A stretch of 63,577 nt of DNA, filler included, from Ministeria vibrans ATCC 50519 (Eukaryota > Protista > Filasterea): assembly GCA_943704425.1 (NCBI GenBank). It is 7 parts of 7 records of this genome, joined end to end, with 100 filler letters (N's around TTAATTAATTAA, not from the genome) between each part and the next. Parts side by side here need not be neighbours in the genome. Positions count along the whole stretch, not along the records: positions 44,115 to 51,589 come from CALSCP010002817.1; positions 51,690 to 54,100 come from CALSCP010002447.1; positions 54,201 to 58,200 come from CALSCP010002523.1; positions 58,301 to 59,873 come from CALSCP010001956.1; positions 59,974 to 63,577 come from CALSCP010002564.1; 2 more parts are not named here. One strand, given 5' to 3'. The position numbers and the translations under genes were made by a program. The notes under the pieces are model-generated. The model saw nothing but the letters and a program-made list of their open reading frames with translations, searched no databases and was not told the DNA's origin. Below are positions 48,261-60,701 of this stretch, in pieces. Numbering within the stretch: position 1 is the stretch's first letter; every line of letters begins with the position of its first letter.

Positions 48261-50155
48261 CTAAACTGATTCAGTCAGCGATCGCAACAAATCGCCATGG
48301 TACTCTCTCAACTGTGTATGCAACGCGTCGCATTCGCTCTGGACGTTCCGCATCTGCTCTTCGTGTGCACTGCGCATTGCGCTCATTTTCGCGCTCAATT
48401 CGCGCACTGTTTTTTCGTTGTGTTTGATTTTCGTTGCAAACGCATTCTTCTCGCTGCGCAGCGCTTCTTCATCGCGTCGTGCCGTCTCAATAGCCTCCTC
48501 AGTTGCACTGCGCTTGAGATCGTTCTGCTTCTGAAGGCGGATCAGTCGGTCTGCGTTAGACGCAATCAGTCGCGTCAGTTGTTGTTCTTTGCTCTGCAAT
48601 TCTTTAATGCGCAGTGCCTAAAAAGAAACAAACCAAAATTAACATCAAAACATTCACGCATTGCTTTTCAAAAAGAGAGAAGACGAAGACTGCATTCAAT
48701 GTTGGTTATAGCATATTAAAATTAATGTTTTTTTTTGGTTCAAACGTTGTACCTGACGCTCTTTGAGCTCACCGGCCGTCTCCATCTTGTGTTGCACCTC
48801 GGCAAGTCTGTCGGCCTCAACTTGCATTTCCTCCATAAAGCGGATAGCTTTGCGTACGTCATCATCGACTCTCTGGAGCGAATCAAGTTTGACTTGTAGT
48901 TCGCGCGATTTGCGCTCCGTCGCCTGCAGCGCCTCCTTGTCGTGTTGCAGCGTCTCTGCCATGTCCTACACAAATGGTATAAGTGTAAAACTCTCATTTC
49001 CTTATAATCTTTTCGGTTTCGTACTTTGAGCTGTCGTTTGATCTTTTCGGGGGCAGGCACAATTTGCTTTCTGAGAGCGTCACACTCCTGTTTGGCGTTG
49101 AGGGCGCGGAACTTGACGTCGGCGAGTTTGTCGGCGAGAACGCTCGTCTGGGCCTTGAGCTCGTTCGACTCGCCCTTGATGGTCGCCTGCTCAATGTTGC
49201 GGGCGTTGATGTTTTCGCCGAGCTCCTTCACTTCGACGGTGAGTGCGTCCACCTCGGGCTGATCGCGCTCGCGTGCCGCTCGAATGTCCGCCACCTTGGC
49301 CGACAGCTGCGCGTGCGCCTCCTCCAAGTGCGTGCGCTTCTCCAGCAGCTTGTCCGACTCGCCCATGATCTCCTGGTACTTGGAGATGTGTTCCTCGCGG
49401 AACTTGAGGAAGTTGATGATGGCGGAGAGCAGTCGCTTAGTGCGCTTCGGCTCTGGCTTGTACAGATCGCACATTGGCGTGAAGTCGTGCACGCCACACG
49501 CCACAAGAAGCTTCTCAATGGCCTTGTGGAACACTAACTCGGGCGTTGCATCTTCATAGAGCTGCGCGTCACAGTGAAACAGTGAGAGTAAATTTGAATT
49601 CTTTGTCTCGATTGTAAAGTTGAGCCGACTCACCTCGGGCGAGTCAAACTCATAGGACTGTGGTTGAGAAAGCTCGTCGCGTGTGACACCCAGAATGAGC
49701 TCGAGAAATCGCTCAAAAATGAACTTGAGCTGTTCCTGAAAATTTGAAAAAGTATCAAAAACTTTTCAGTCGCAATAGACAACAAAGCGACTAGGTAAAG
49801 CCAAATAATAGATATGGGTAATACTAACACACAGTAATACGTGCTGTGGGCGCGGTATTGGGGCAAAATAAAAAGAGAATCGGCGAGAGAGCGCAAAAGT
49901 GATTTTGAATTTTTTTTTTTAAAAAAAAATCGGGTTTGGTCGATGGAACAGACAGAAGCAATTTAAGGGAGGGCAACGGCAGCAACGGCAGGGTATGATG
50001 GAAGTGGGCAGATGGAAGCACCCCCGTACGCTTGTTAAGTCCTTGACGTCCGCAAGACTGAGTTTGATTCCGGTTTGAGCGAGACATGCGACAATGTTGG
50101 ACCACTGGAGGATAGGAAAGGTGTGCTGCGCAGCAGCGTCGCGTCCCATTGACAT
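48261..50155 (-). CDS. NUF2: Kinetochore protein Nuf2 (Ndc80 complex)
   Basis: TFPIL..IVACL, GVHDF..DLYKPEPKRTKRLLSAIINFLKFREE, QIVPAPEKIK, long coiled coil. Confidence 0.92.
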
Positions 50156-51387
50156 CTTGGCAAAAAGAGGGGTAGAATAAAAAAGAGTGAATTCAATCGA
50201 TTATAAATTATTGAATTGAAAATAGAATATTTACAAATTAATTTTATGGCTTTTTCACCCAGAGCCCAGAAGCAAGATCACCATCATCTGCACCCTTTAC
50301 CAATTACCAGGCCAGCATCGAGCAGCGTTCTTGAATTAATGTTATTCTTTCTTTAAAAGTGTCACAAATGAACAGCGCACTCTCAACATCAAAAATTTCA
50401 TATTTTAGTATGATTCTGTTGCTGCGACTGGGTACACACTGCAAAGAAGAATGATCAATGTAGGCGGCGCCTCACCTCTGAAGGTGTACCATTCAAAATT
50501 GAGCGAGTACTCGCCAGAGCACAGACCAACCGTATGGCATGACAGGCGCCGTGGTTGACGCTGCTCCGACCACCTTATCCGTGTGCTCTTCTTCGAGCTC
50601 TCCGGTGAGGTGCATCATGACAGTGCGGCCAGAACATGACAGGGCACTGACGTGCTTGTGCGTCGAGTGGCAAGCACACGATACGACCTTGAAGTAGCCA
50701 GTGGGCGGGTGCGTCAACATTGCAGCTGCAGGTGGTAGCGACAGGTGGCTCGCGCAACGACTCCGTTGCCAGAGCACACTCAGCACAGGAGACGACGTGG
50801 CGGGAGCAGTGCGCCTGAGTCGCGATGGACTGTCCGCGTTGACGTCGTTTACAGCCAGCGGGCAGGTCGACCGCCCTCAGGGCCGTCGAGGGTGATTCAC
50901 CACGGCAGCCCATGAAAGGCACGCGTGTCGCCCCACAGTCGCCCCACCACCTGAGACGCGAACTTGCGTCAGAACCAAATCCACTATGGAAACGGATTCG
51001 CTCCACTGTCCACGCCATCCCGTGCATTGCCTTTCCGTACTCTACCCCACGACGTCCCGTCAGCGAGTCAGCGACACAAACAAGACATTGCGGAAACGAT
51101 CAACCGATCAATCGTAATGAAATGCGCTGTGTCTGCGACAAGACCGCTTCCCGCTCCGTGCCGTCGTCCGGATTCGTAGAATCCAGTGGAAAACAAAAAC
51201 ACGACAGAGGTCAGAGAGGGAAGAATAGACAAAGAGAGACGGAGTGAGTAACAATACGAATTATAATAATGTCGAAAGTCGACGGTCGAAACGATAAGAA
51301 TAATAATAATTATTCTCACAAGATCCTCTCCACTCAATTCATTTCACTACTTCACCATCCAGACCAGCATCAATTCTACGACACAGC

Positions 51388-51589
51388 ATGTCAGCCTCAA
51401 ACGACGACGACGGCACGCGCTCGCGGGGCCAGCAGTACGCGCTGATCGTCACACGAAGTGGGTACGACCAAAAGACAGTCGCGCTCGACACGCTCAAGGG
51501 CGTCGCTCCCACGGCGCGCAACGTGGCCGTCGACCTGGTCCGGCAGGGATTCATGGTCGTCGTGGTCGCGGACACGCCCATGGCGCTGC
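51388..51589 (+). CDS. 5' fragment of a second caspase-like (C14) domain protein, cut by contig end
   Basis: YALIVTRSGY..VALDTLKGVAPTARNVAVDLVRQGFMVVVVAD aligns with LALVIGRARY..SLDNLDGVAAATASLSHTLAEMGYIVHVLSD of the 33110-38880 protein. Confidence 0.6.
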
Positions 51590-51689
51590 NNNNNNNNNNN
51601 NNNNNNNNNNNNNNNNNNNNNNNNNNNNNNNNNTTAATTAATTAANNNNNNNNNNNNNNNNNNNNNNNNNNNNNNNNNNNNNNNNNNNN
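51590..51689. other. Artificial contig-joining spacer
   Basis: N-TTAATTAATTAA-N block. Confidence 0.97.
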
Positions 51690-51740
51690 TCTTTCGACTC
51701 AAATTAAAATTATTATTATTATATTTATTATTATTATTAC

Positions 51741-51799
<59 letters not shown>

Positions 51800-51884
51800 G
51801 TATCATTTGTATTATATGTATCATTTGTATTATTTGTATTATTTGTATTATCTGTATTATTATTATTAAATTTATTTGCAATAG

Positions 51885-52718
51885 GCGCTGTTGTACATGA
51901 CGTTTGTTGGGTCACGCGAGCGACAGCGGCCGAGTTATCGATCGAGCGGTGAGGAGGAGACGGATGAGGAGGAAGGTGGACGCGCTGGGAACGATGGGGG
52001 AAAGTCGCGGTTTGTGACAGCGCGTGTTGAGAATACGGTGTGTGATGAGGCGCCTGTGACATCGGCGCAGATGGTAGATGTGCTGAGCCATTTGCAGCGA
52101 GATGCGAGTGTGGTGCAACACACGGAGATGGGTGAAGGAGGAGGTGGTGGTACAGTGGCGCTAGGCGAGGGTTTTCGTCCGGCATCCTCCGTAAAAGTGG
52201 TTGCGAAGAGCAAGGGCAAGGGAGCGGCCGCGAAGCAGAAAGGGTTGCCACCGTCTGCTGCACAATCCAGAAAGTCTCCCTTTTTTGCAGCCTCTGACGA
52301 GGTCGATGAGGAGGAGTTTTATGTGGCGGGGTTGTATGCAGCTGGTGCGAAGCGGGCGCCGGCGCAGGTCTCGGACGAGTCGGTGCCGGCCAAGAAAAAG
52401 TCGAAGATGCAGTCGAAGGCCGATGTCAGGCGCGGCAGTCTCCTGTCGTACTTTCAAAAGGTCAAGCCGACTGTGACGGAGACATCCCAGACGCAAGTGA
52501 GAGAAGCAAACGACTCGAAGGCGGAGACGAACACCGAGACGTCGTTGGTGGACGTTGAGATGGAGAATGAGGTGGACACGGTGAGCACGACGACCGAGAG
52601 TGCGCCCAGCCAGACAGTCCTGTATGTGGAGTCAGTGGAGGGAACACCGAGCGCCGCACGACGTCGTGGTAAGTCACTGGGAGTACGACGACCGTCGCAG
52701 GCGACCAGTTCCAAGTGA
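51885..52718 (+). CDS. Terminal exon of a 5'-truncated gene; disordered tail with MIP/PIP-box-like motifs
   Basis: Acceptor caatag ending at 51884, GC-rich open frame to TGA 52718; motifs KSRFV, RKSPFF, RRGSLLSYF. Confidence 0.65.
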   Translation, partial: ALLYMTFVGSRERQRPSYRSSGEEETDEEEGGRAGNDGGKSRFVTARVENTVCDEAPVTSAQMVDVLSHLQRDASVVQHTEMGEGGGGGTVALGEGFRPASSVKVVAKSKGKGAAAKQKGLPPSAAQSRKSPFFAASDEVDEEEFYVAGLYAAGAKRAPAQVSDESVPAKKKSKMQSKADVRRGSLLSYFQKVKPTVTETSQTQVREANDSKAETNTETSLVDVEMENEVDTVSTTTESAPSQTVLYVESVEGTPSAARRRGKSLGVRRPSQATSSK

Positions 52719-54100
52719 GAGACGTTTCGAACCCCCCTCAAGTAACATATTCATATAACATTGTAAGATGACGATGATTCAGAGTTGATGAGTGGAGTCA
52801 CTGAAATTATTACAGTATATATTTTTATTCTATTTTATTCCTAATAAGTATTACAGTAATTTTTTTTGAAATATGTGTCCACCAACAGCCGATCCAGCAG
52901 TGTTGTGCAGACCTTTATCAACTATGGCGTTTGAGAACCCGCAAGGATGAACAGTATTGAACATGGGCTGGGTAGTACTGGTGAAGAAGGCACAGTAAGT
53001 TGAATAAGAAAAAATTAATACAGAATCTGTTCTCAATGTCAAAACAAGGCAATATTGAATATGCGAACAAAAGACCAGCACAATGTCGTAGACTACTAAA
53101 TAAAAAGAAAAATATAATAATCGAATATCGAATTGAAATAATCGAATAATTGCCACAATTTTTTGCTGTTCGTGTCACCCACACTTTCGCCATGTCTCTA
53201 CGCCCGAAGCAAATTGTCTTCGAGGTAACTCGCACGCTCAGCCATTGCTTTCCCTCAGCATATTAAATATAATATGATGAGCAAAGAATCACAATCGTTC
53301 GACCCTTAAGTCGTTTCAAGTGGAAACAATCGCTCAGATCTCGAAGATCCCGCTGTGTTTTGCGTCTCCGGCTCATTCCAGTGCACCTGTGTAGGAGAAA
53401 TGGGAAGAACTCCGCGTGCCCCTTGACGCGATTCTCAATCACAAAGGTAAAATCAAGAGAGAGAGAGAGAGAGAGACCAAAAAAAAAAAAAAAAAAAAAA
53501 AAAAAGAGTGACGCGCAACACAAAAACGGTTGAACGAATTTTCTCGCTGAGTTCGCATCGAAGGGCCGTTTGCTGCCGCTGTCTCAACGCGTCTTGCTCT
53601 TCCACGATGCTTCCACGCGCTCCATCGCTGCGTCGCATGGCGTGGACTGTGTGTCGTGGATGAACTTTGGGCACACTCACTCAACGACCTTTTTGTCGCT
53701 TATGCCGTGAAATCCCGCTGTTTGGCAGTGCAGCGCCGGCGACCGTGTAGTCTACATGGTCCACTCCACACCCATCCGGTGTTTTTCCTGTCGTTTTGCC
53801 CTCCCTAATGGGTTTCTTGAGCATTAGTTCTTTTGCAATAATCGTCAGCGCTTCAAAAAAGTCATCAAAGGAACGCTGTGTCGTCGCCACCGCTTTACCC
53901 AGGCTGGGTCTATTGAACACTACCCTCCCACGTATCCCAGACGCGCGCTCATCACTTTGGGGGGGGGGGTTTTGTCGTCTTTTTCGTGTTTTTGTAGAGT
54001 CGAGTTCGAAACTGTCTGGAATGGATATGTTCCAAGTTGTGTACAAGTAAGGACCCACAAGAGAGACAGAGACAGACAGAGAGAGAGAGACAGAGAGAGA

Positions 54101-54200
54101 NNNNNNNNNNNNNNNNNNNNNNNNNNNNNNNNNNNNNNNNNNNNTTAATTAATTAANNNNNNNNNNNNNNNNNNNNNNNNNNNNNNNNNNNNNNNNNNNN
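54101..54200. other. Artificial contig-joining spacer
   Basis: N-TTAATTAATTAA-N block. Confidence 0.97.
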
Positions 54201-54233
<33 letters not shown>

Positions 54234-55211
54234 AAGTCGCTCAGTAGTAGCTAGTGTGTCCTCATGCAGTCTCAATTGAGACGCGTTGAGTATTCTAAAC
54301 AGTTTGAACATCACAGCGCCAAATCATATTAATGAAAACACCACAACTTGCTTACAAGGTCAGCTGGGCTCCTCTGGCTCAGGCGCTTGGTACCAGTTGT
54401 CCTGCAAGACGATGGAGATTCGGGTTAGTTCGATGGGAGACGGTCAGCGGCGTAATTCGGAGCATATCACAATGTTCCTCGTGGGACAACACACAAAAAA
54501 AGGGAAACGACGAAAACAACCCGACGCGAGCCGTACAGACGCGCATCGCCGCCGCTATATGACAGTATGGTGCGGTTGTGGCTGATTGAGGCGTAGAATC
54601 GGTGCGATTAAGACAGAAGGGGAGCGAAGCAGCACAAAAAAAAAACAAAGAAAAAAAAACGCTTACACGAGGACAGGGCAGCGTGATTCTCACAGGGATG
54701 TGGTCCTGGACGTGTCGTGTAGAAGCCCGTCAGTCGGTCGGGGTACCTTGGACGGCGCGCAGGGACGTCGGTGGCAGCAAGACGACGATTGCTTGGTGGG
54801 GCCAAAGCAAAGCGAGAAGCGACAGTGCGGCGTTACAAGGCGCAAGACGCGCATGTGTATCGACAGGATGGGGCTTTAGTGGCCATCGCGTAATAAAAAA
54901 ACTATTAGTTAAAAAAAAGTTATTCGATCGTATCAAATTTATCAATTCATCGACTCACACTCGACTCACAATCCAAGGGCACCAATAAACCGATCTTGCT
55001 CCGCTGAAGGCGCTGAATCTGCTCCGTTTGGCGTTTGCCGGGGTTTGGGCTAAATGGTCTCTGATGTTGCAGATGCTCTTGTCTTTTCAAAGGACGAAGA
55101 CTTGAGTTCTCCTTCTCTAGTTATAATTAACATTCACGAATTTATTTCTTCATTCAATCTTCATTCATGATTCAGCATTCTTCTTCACAGTTTTTCATAG
55201 AGAACAGATTT

Positions 55212-56805
55212 ATGGACCGTGCTGTGCGCCACGCCGAACGATCGTCGCTGCTCAATCGAGTTCTGTCCATTGCACACGACGCGGAATTTGTCGCGGGTGT
55301 GATTGCAAAAAGCTTTTCGGAGCTGCCGCGCATTGCCAACCTACGGGCGGGCGCCTGGTATCTGCAACACTATGACGAGGCAGTGTACTTCAAGAGCACT
55401 GATGGGCATCCGGGCGAGTGGGATTTCAGCGTGCGACGGCTGAACTTGCACGTTGTCAAGTTGGCGGCTGCTCGAAACGGCTGCGTTGTCGTCGACAGCA
55501 CTATCCGCGGCCGCTCGCTCCCCGACTCGTTCTCCAAGACCATTCCCATTTGGTGTGCTGTGCTTAACGCTGTGGTCCGGCGTCTTCGTCCCGAGAAGTG
55601 GCCGTCTGATGTCCAGACGGGGTTGCACACTCCCGCCCATATTGTGTCGGCCAGCGAGCACGCCGCCATCAGTGCCCTTGTGCCCGCCTGGTGCGACAAG
55701 CTTCTTGCGTCGCGTGTGAACCTTTCGGTGCTACTCGACACGCTTGAGCGCCCTTTGCGGTGTGTCTGGGCTGCGCGTTCGATCGACCCAGACCTGGCCA
55801 ATGTGGCACACTTTACTCCGATTGTCCTGGTGTCTGCTTCAGAGGTGAGTTTTGATTTTTGTATTGTGTTTGCTTTGAGTGTGTTTTATTGCTCTCTTTT
55901 TCGTTTCTATGTCTTAGTGTATTCGTGAGAGTGCGGGTGCCATGGAACGACGCGTCAACAACGAGCTGCAAATCTCGTTTATGTATTTACAAGGAGCGGG
56001 TGGCGACGAGGAGATGTGGAGCTGTGGACTCACACCCGCATTAATGTGGCGGAACATTGGCTATTTGACGGGGTCGTCGGGTGCTGATGAGTGCAAAGCA
56101 AGAGTCGCAGAACTGGTTGGACAGGATCAAGAGGCGGGAGAGGGCGACGACGACGAGGCGGGGCCTTCGAGTGACTGTGCTTTTCATGAAATTGGAGTGG
56201 GTTCGGGGCTCTTTGTGGGTCGTCGTCGGGCAGGCCGACCACCGCTGTGCTGGACTTATTTTGATTGTGTCGTTTGTTGTATGGAGGTTGCGTATGAAGG
56301 GATGTTTGATGGTTGCGCTGCGACCCCTCCCTCGCGCAACGATGGTCACTGTACCATCCAATGTGACTGTGCCGGTGATGTTGATGTACCTTCCTTGGCC
56401 CTTTTGAGTGACGATGGTGGTGGTGAAAGCAGCGCTTGTTCGTCATCGTGCTTCTTTCATTTGCCAGCACGTGAAGGACGACGTGACAAAGTCGTGCTCG
56501 TGGCCAGTCTCGATTTGGTTGTATCGTTTATTGGAGACCACTTGCGGCGCAACAAGCGAGTGTTGGTTCATTGTGCGCAAGGCAAAGATCGCTCAGTGGC
56601 AGTGGCTCTTGCGACACTTGCTGTACACTTTGAAGATGATGGAAATGGGGGACAACTCCGACTCAGAGCACACGCGCGAGCGCGGCGCGATGTCACGCGC
56701 GCTCTTCTTACCCAGTACCTTGCGTATCTCTGTGCGTATCGTACGCTGGCGTTGCCGTCGCGCTCGACGATGAAGAAGCTTTATCTCTTTTTCGAAGGGG
56801 AGTGA
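55212..56805 (+). CDS. RIT1: Initiator tRNA A64-2'-O-ribosylphosphate transferase with C-terminal DUSP-like domain
   Basis: NRVLSIAHDAEFV, ANLRAGAWY, YFKSTDGH, RRLNL, VDSTIRG..PDSFSKTIPIWCAVLN, YLQGAGGDEEMW, VHCAQGKDRS. Phase-0 intron 55845-55917. Confidence 0.92.
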
Positions 56806-57048
56806 CCCATTGTGTAAAAATGGTGCATTGTATTTTGAGCTCTTTCATCGAGCTGGGGCGAGCACCGTATGGCATGAGTGATTTTAGCGAGACCTGTTTC
56901 TTCCCTAAAGCTTTCACAAGATATCAGTTATTGCATGCAAGTACTTGGTGCAGATGAGTGTGTTTTCTGCTGAATGAAGGAGACTATTATCAAACAGTAG
57001 AAGCAAGAGTGTGATCGCTATCCAGTGGGGTAATCGCAATGGCTTTTA

Positions 57049-58200
57049 AATTAAACTTTCAGATGACTTTCATTATACAAGCCAACATAAGACGCTCAGT
57101 CTTTGATTACAACACTGCTTATCACTAGCAGCCTTGCTGACGGAGAAGACCCAGGGCTCACCCCACAATCCAAAAAAAAAAGGGTTAGTTTTGCCCTCGG
57201 ACGGACCCTAGGACTTCCAAAAAAAAATCCAAAAAAAAAACAAGTCTCTCGTCGGAATGTCCGTTTCGGCCCATGCAGGGGTGAAGCAGCCGCTTCGGAT
57301 GGTTAGATTGTCTTGTACAGTGAAGCTTTTGCCCTAGGACTTCCAAAAAAAACCAAAAAAAACAATGAAGCTTTTGCCCTAATCCGTAGGCTAGGCCTTC
57401 CAAAAAAAACTTTCAATTTTCCCTATTACCCGCTTTAACGCTCTTTCGGCTCAGAATTCATTCTCACCGTCAAGTCCCTTGCAGCTGAGCAGGCGCTCCG
57501 TCGTCTCCATCAGACCCTCATCGCAAAAAAAATAAAAACACAATTTGCCGGTGTGGTTCTCTGCCGTCGTCGTGCCGTAGTCTCTTCTGATGTCCACTTC
57601 CTTGCACTTGAATAGTCCCAACACTACTTGAAGCCACTGTAAACCGCCGGCGTCCTTACGAACGGGATGCCCAAGACACAGCTGCGCAAGCCTCCTTCAT
57701 CACCTCACTGGCTCACCTTGGCTTATCAGTGACTTCCACCTGCCCAGTCTCTAGAGTATTTCGGGTCCATATATTTTTCAGTTGTCAGATCATTACTCCC
57801 CGCCTTCCCAAGAACGGACATTTCGTGATAAATTGCGAGAAAAGCAAATTTCCAAGAATTTGGAAACAGATAATTAAGCTGTGTGTAATGGTCAAAAAAT
57901 GTCATTCAATTTCGCCGTATACAAGTAGTTTAAAAACGCATACGCTTTATATTCGGTATAGTGCGAAATATACTGTAATACATTCTTGATTAGATATTTA
58001 TGTACGGCGAAATATTAGCATATCACAGTCTTCAGTTCGTTGAATGGCCGGAGGTTTCAGGCCTGAAGGGACAATTTATTCATATCGAAGAACGATGGAG
58101 AAAAGAGATAATTGCTTACATTTTTTTTTTTTTTTTTGGAAGTCCTAGGGCAAAAGCTTCATTGTACAAGACAATCTAGCCATCCGAAGCGGCTGCTTCA
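57049..58200. mobile_element. Partial copy of the composite element: repeat A 5' part plus an inverted pair of repeat B (57282-57352 / 58130-58200)
   Basis: tgaagcagccgcttcggatggttagattgtcttgtacagtgaagcttttgccctaggacttccA(n) recurs almost perfectly in reverse complement at the contig end; aaactttcagatgactttcattatacaagccaacataagac matches 18226. Confidence 0.65.
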
Positions 58201-58300
58201 NNNNNNNNNNNNNNNNNNNNNNNNNNNNNNNNNNNNNNNNNNNNTTAATTAATTAANNNNNNNNNNNNNNNNNNNNNNNNNNNNNNNNNNNNNNNNNNNN
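58201..58300. other. Artificial contig-joining spacer
   Basis: N-TTAATTAATTAA-N block. Confidence 0.97.
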
Positions 58301-58440
58301 AAACAATAAAAATGTTCAGAAATTAGAAATGTTATTGGGGTGAAGGGTGTAAAAACAAGAATAGAGAAGGGCTCACTCACACGCACTCTCACAAACACAC
58401 ACACACACACACACACTTAGACAAAAAGAAGAGAGCGAGG

Positions 58441-59505
58441 TCAGAAACGAGAATTTCGCCTGCGCACACTCTCGGCCTTCTGGCGACGGAACTCGGCCTC
58501 TTCGGCCTCCGCAGCCTCCTTGAGACGCTTCTTCTCCAGCTGCAGTGGCGTCATCTCAGCCTCGGTAAGTTCCTTCTTGGCCGCAATGGGCGCCTCTTCC
58601 GCCGCAACCATACCGCCAAACGTGAATACAAACTTGCCTGCAGCAGGAGCAGCAGCAGGGGCCGCTGCGGCAGCAGGGGCCGCAGCAGGGGCTGCAGCAG
58701 CTGCCTTGCGCTTGCGTTCCTCCTCCTCTTGCTCGCGTCGCTTCCGTGCCGCCGCCTCTTGCTGTCGCTTCTCCTCCGCCTCTTTCTCCCTGCGCGCTCG
58801 CTCAGCCGCCTCGCGACGTCGCTGCTCTGCCTCGCGTTCCTTCTCCTTCTCCCGGCGCTCCATCTCCATCTTCTCTCTGTCGCGCTGGTCAGCCGCCGCC
58901 CGTTCCGCTGCCTTGGCACGTGCCTCTGCCTCTGTTTCCTCCGCCCGTCGTCGTGCATTCTCTTCTGCAACACGCACGCGGGCAGCCTCCTCCCTGTCGC
59001 GTTCCTCGCGCATCTGCTGGTTCGCAATCTCACTCTGTCGACGTGCCTGCATCTGGCGCGCCGCTGCCTCCTCGCGATCTGCCTTCTCTGCAGCCGCCTC
59101 AGCTTCGGCCATCTCTTGCTCCAACGTACGCCTCTTTTGCATCTCGGCCACTCGCTCACGTTCCGCCATCTGTCGCTCCGCCTGCTCATTGCTCGTCGCC
59201 GAGTCACGACGCTGCTTCTCCATTCGCTCGCGGTACTCGCGTTCCTGTTGCAAACGCTCACGTTCCTCTTGTTGCGCACGCGCCGCATTGCTACGAGCAG
59301 CAGCGGCGAGACGATCCTCCTCGGCACGCGCCCCTTGATCGGTCACGGTCATGGCCGCGAAGTTGGATTGTGTCGTCTCGTGTTCTGCTCCCTGACGTGC
59401 CTCCACCTCAGCAATGTGCGCCTGACGCACCAGGTACTCTTCGTGTGTCTCCCCATCAATGACATACTTGTCCATTGAAGCGCGTCGCTTCGCAAACAGG
59501 TCCAT
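58441..59505 (-). CDS. E/R/K/A-rich charged helical (coiled-coil or single alpha-helix) protein, probably the last exon of a truncated gene
   Basis: 354-aa ORF rich in E/R/A/K with an AAPA linker; no catalytic motif. Confidence 0.7.
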   Translation of the reverse strand: MDLFAKRRASMDKYVIDGETHEEYLVRQAHIAEVEARQGAEHETTQSNFAAMTVTDQGARAEEDRLAAAARSNAARAQQEERERLQQEREYRERMEKQRRDSATSNEQAERQMAERERVAEMQKRRTLEQEMAEAEAAAEKADREEAAARQMQARRQSEIANQQMREERDREEAARVRVAEENARRRAEETEAEARAKAAERAAADQRDREKMEMERREKEKEREAEQRRREAAERARREKEAEEKRQQEAAARKRREQEEEERKRKAAAAAPAAAPAAAAAPAAAPAAGKFVFTFGGMVAAEEAPIAAKKELTEAEMTPLQLEKKRLKEAAEAEEAEFRRQKAESVRRRNSRF

Positions 59506-59568
59506 TCCCGTGCCGGCACTCGACTTGCGCGACTACGCACACAACCATAACATAAGGCACACAACAAC

Positions 59569-59608
<40 letters not shown>

Positions 59609-59873
59609 TCCAATGTCAAAAAAAGAGCCAAAGAGAAGAACATTGGAATCGATAGATCGTCGACTTCATCCCAAAGAAGCGGCCAATACGCATACAGTGC
59701 AGGCAAAAGCACGCGCGCGACACCAACAGCAGAGGGGACAGAGACGAAAGGAAAGACACCGACAAGAGCAACGGTCGAACAGAGTGTTTGGAGCGCACGC
59801 AGAGGGGGGTAATGTAGGCAACGGCAGTGGCCATGCTCACTTCGCCCTGCGACGCGGCTTCGCCCCGGCCCAT

Positions 59874-59973
59874 NNNNNNNNNNNNNNNNNNNNNNNNNNN
59901 NNNNNNNNNNNNNNNNNTTAATTAATTAANNNNNNNNNNNNNNNNNNNNNNNNNNNNNNNNNNNNNNNNNNNN
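59874..59973. other. Artificial contig-joining spacer
   Basis: N-TTAATTAATTAA-N block. Confidence 0.97.
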
Positions 59974-60030
59974 AAAAAAAACATGATGATTCTCAGTGTG
60001 ATGGACGCAAGAAGGGGAAAGGGAGACATG

Positions 60031-60449
60031 CCTCGTTCGGGGAGAGAGGGGTCGAGGCGGGCTCGCTTGGCGTGCGGGCCTGCGTCGAGCGCACCACCAC
60101 CACCACCACCACCAGCAGCAGCAGCAGGCGGAGCGGGGCGCTTGAGGACGGCGGCTGCAGCGGCTGCGAAGCACTTTGCGCCGTTCGACAAGGCACCAGC
60201 GCCACCGCCGCTGGGGGCTGCAGCCGCACGTGCAGCCGCCGAGGTGCCTGTGCTGCTGCGTGCCTCGTGCGCGGCCGGCTTGGCTGGCAGGGCCCCTGCG
60301 GACGCCTTGGGGGCGGGAGTCGCTGGCACTGTCGACTTGGCGCCGGAGAAGGGCTGTGCGCCGACGGCGATCAGCTCGTCGTCGTCGGGCATCATCCCTT
60401 TGGCAGCCGCGTCGGCAGAGGTTTCACCTCGGCGCCGAGCGTGGCTCAT
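60031..60449 (-). CDS. 5' fragment of an unknown Ala/Pro-rich protein with NLS-like PHAKRARL, truncated by contig end
   Basis: GC-rich ORF from ATG 60449 following an AT-rich intergenic stretch. Confidence 0.5.
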
Positions 60450-60701
60450 CGAAGAGCAGACCTTTACGTTTCAGTCGATCAAATAAAACTGTGTGTTTCA
60501 GTTTTTTTTTTTTTTTTTTTTCCTTTTTTTTTTTTTTTTTCAATATTATTATTATTATCATAATAATAATAATAATTACTATTATTATTTATTATAATAT
60601 TTTATTATTATTATGTTTCTTGATCGTGACGACGTCACTCGACGTGCGATGAAAAGACAAATAATTGTTAATAATTATTATTATTATATTTATAAGGACA
60701 G

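Noticed and set aside
50493-51247. Overlapping 70-150 aa ORFs
   Set aside because: No recognisable domain or coherent splice model.
52851-54988. Fragmentary ORFs, possibly a decayed transposon (HPRHTVH is reminiscent of Helitron-type proteins)
   Set aside because: Similarity is too weak and no helicase or Rep motifs are visible.
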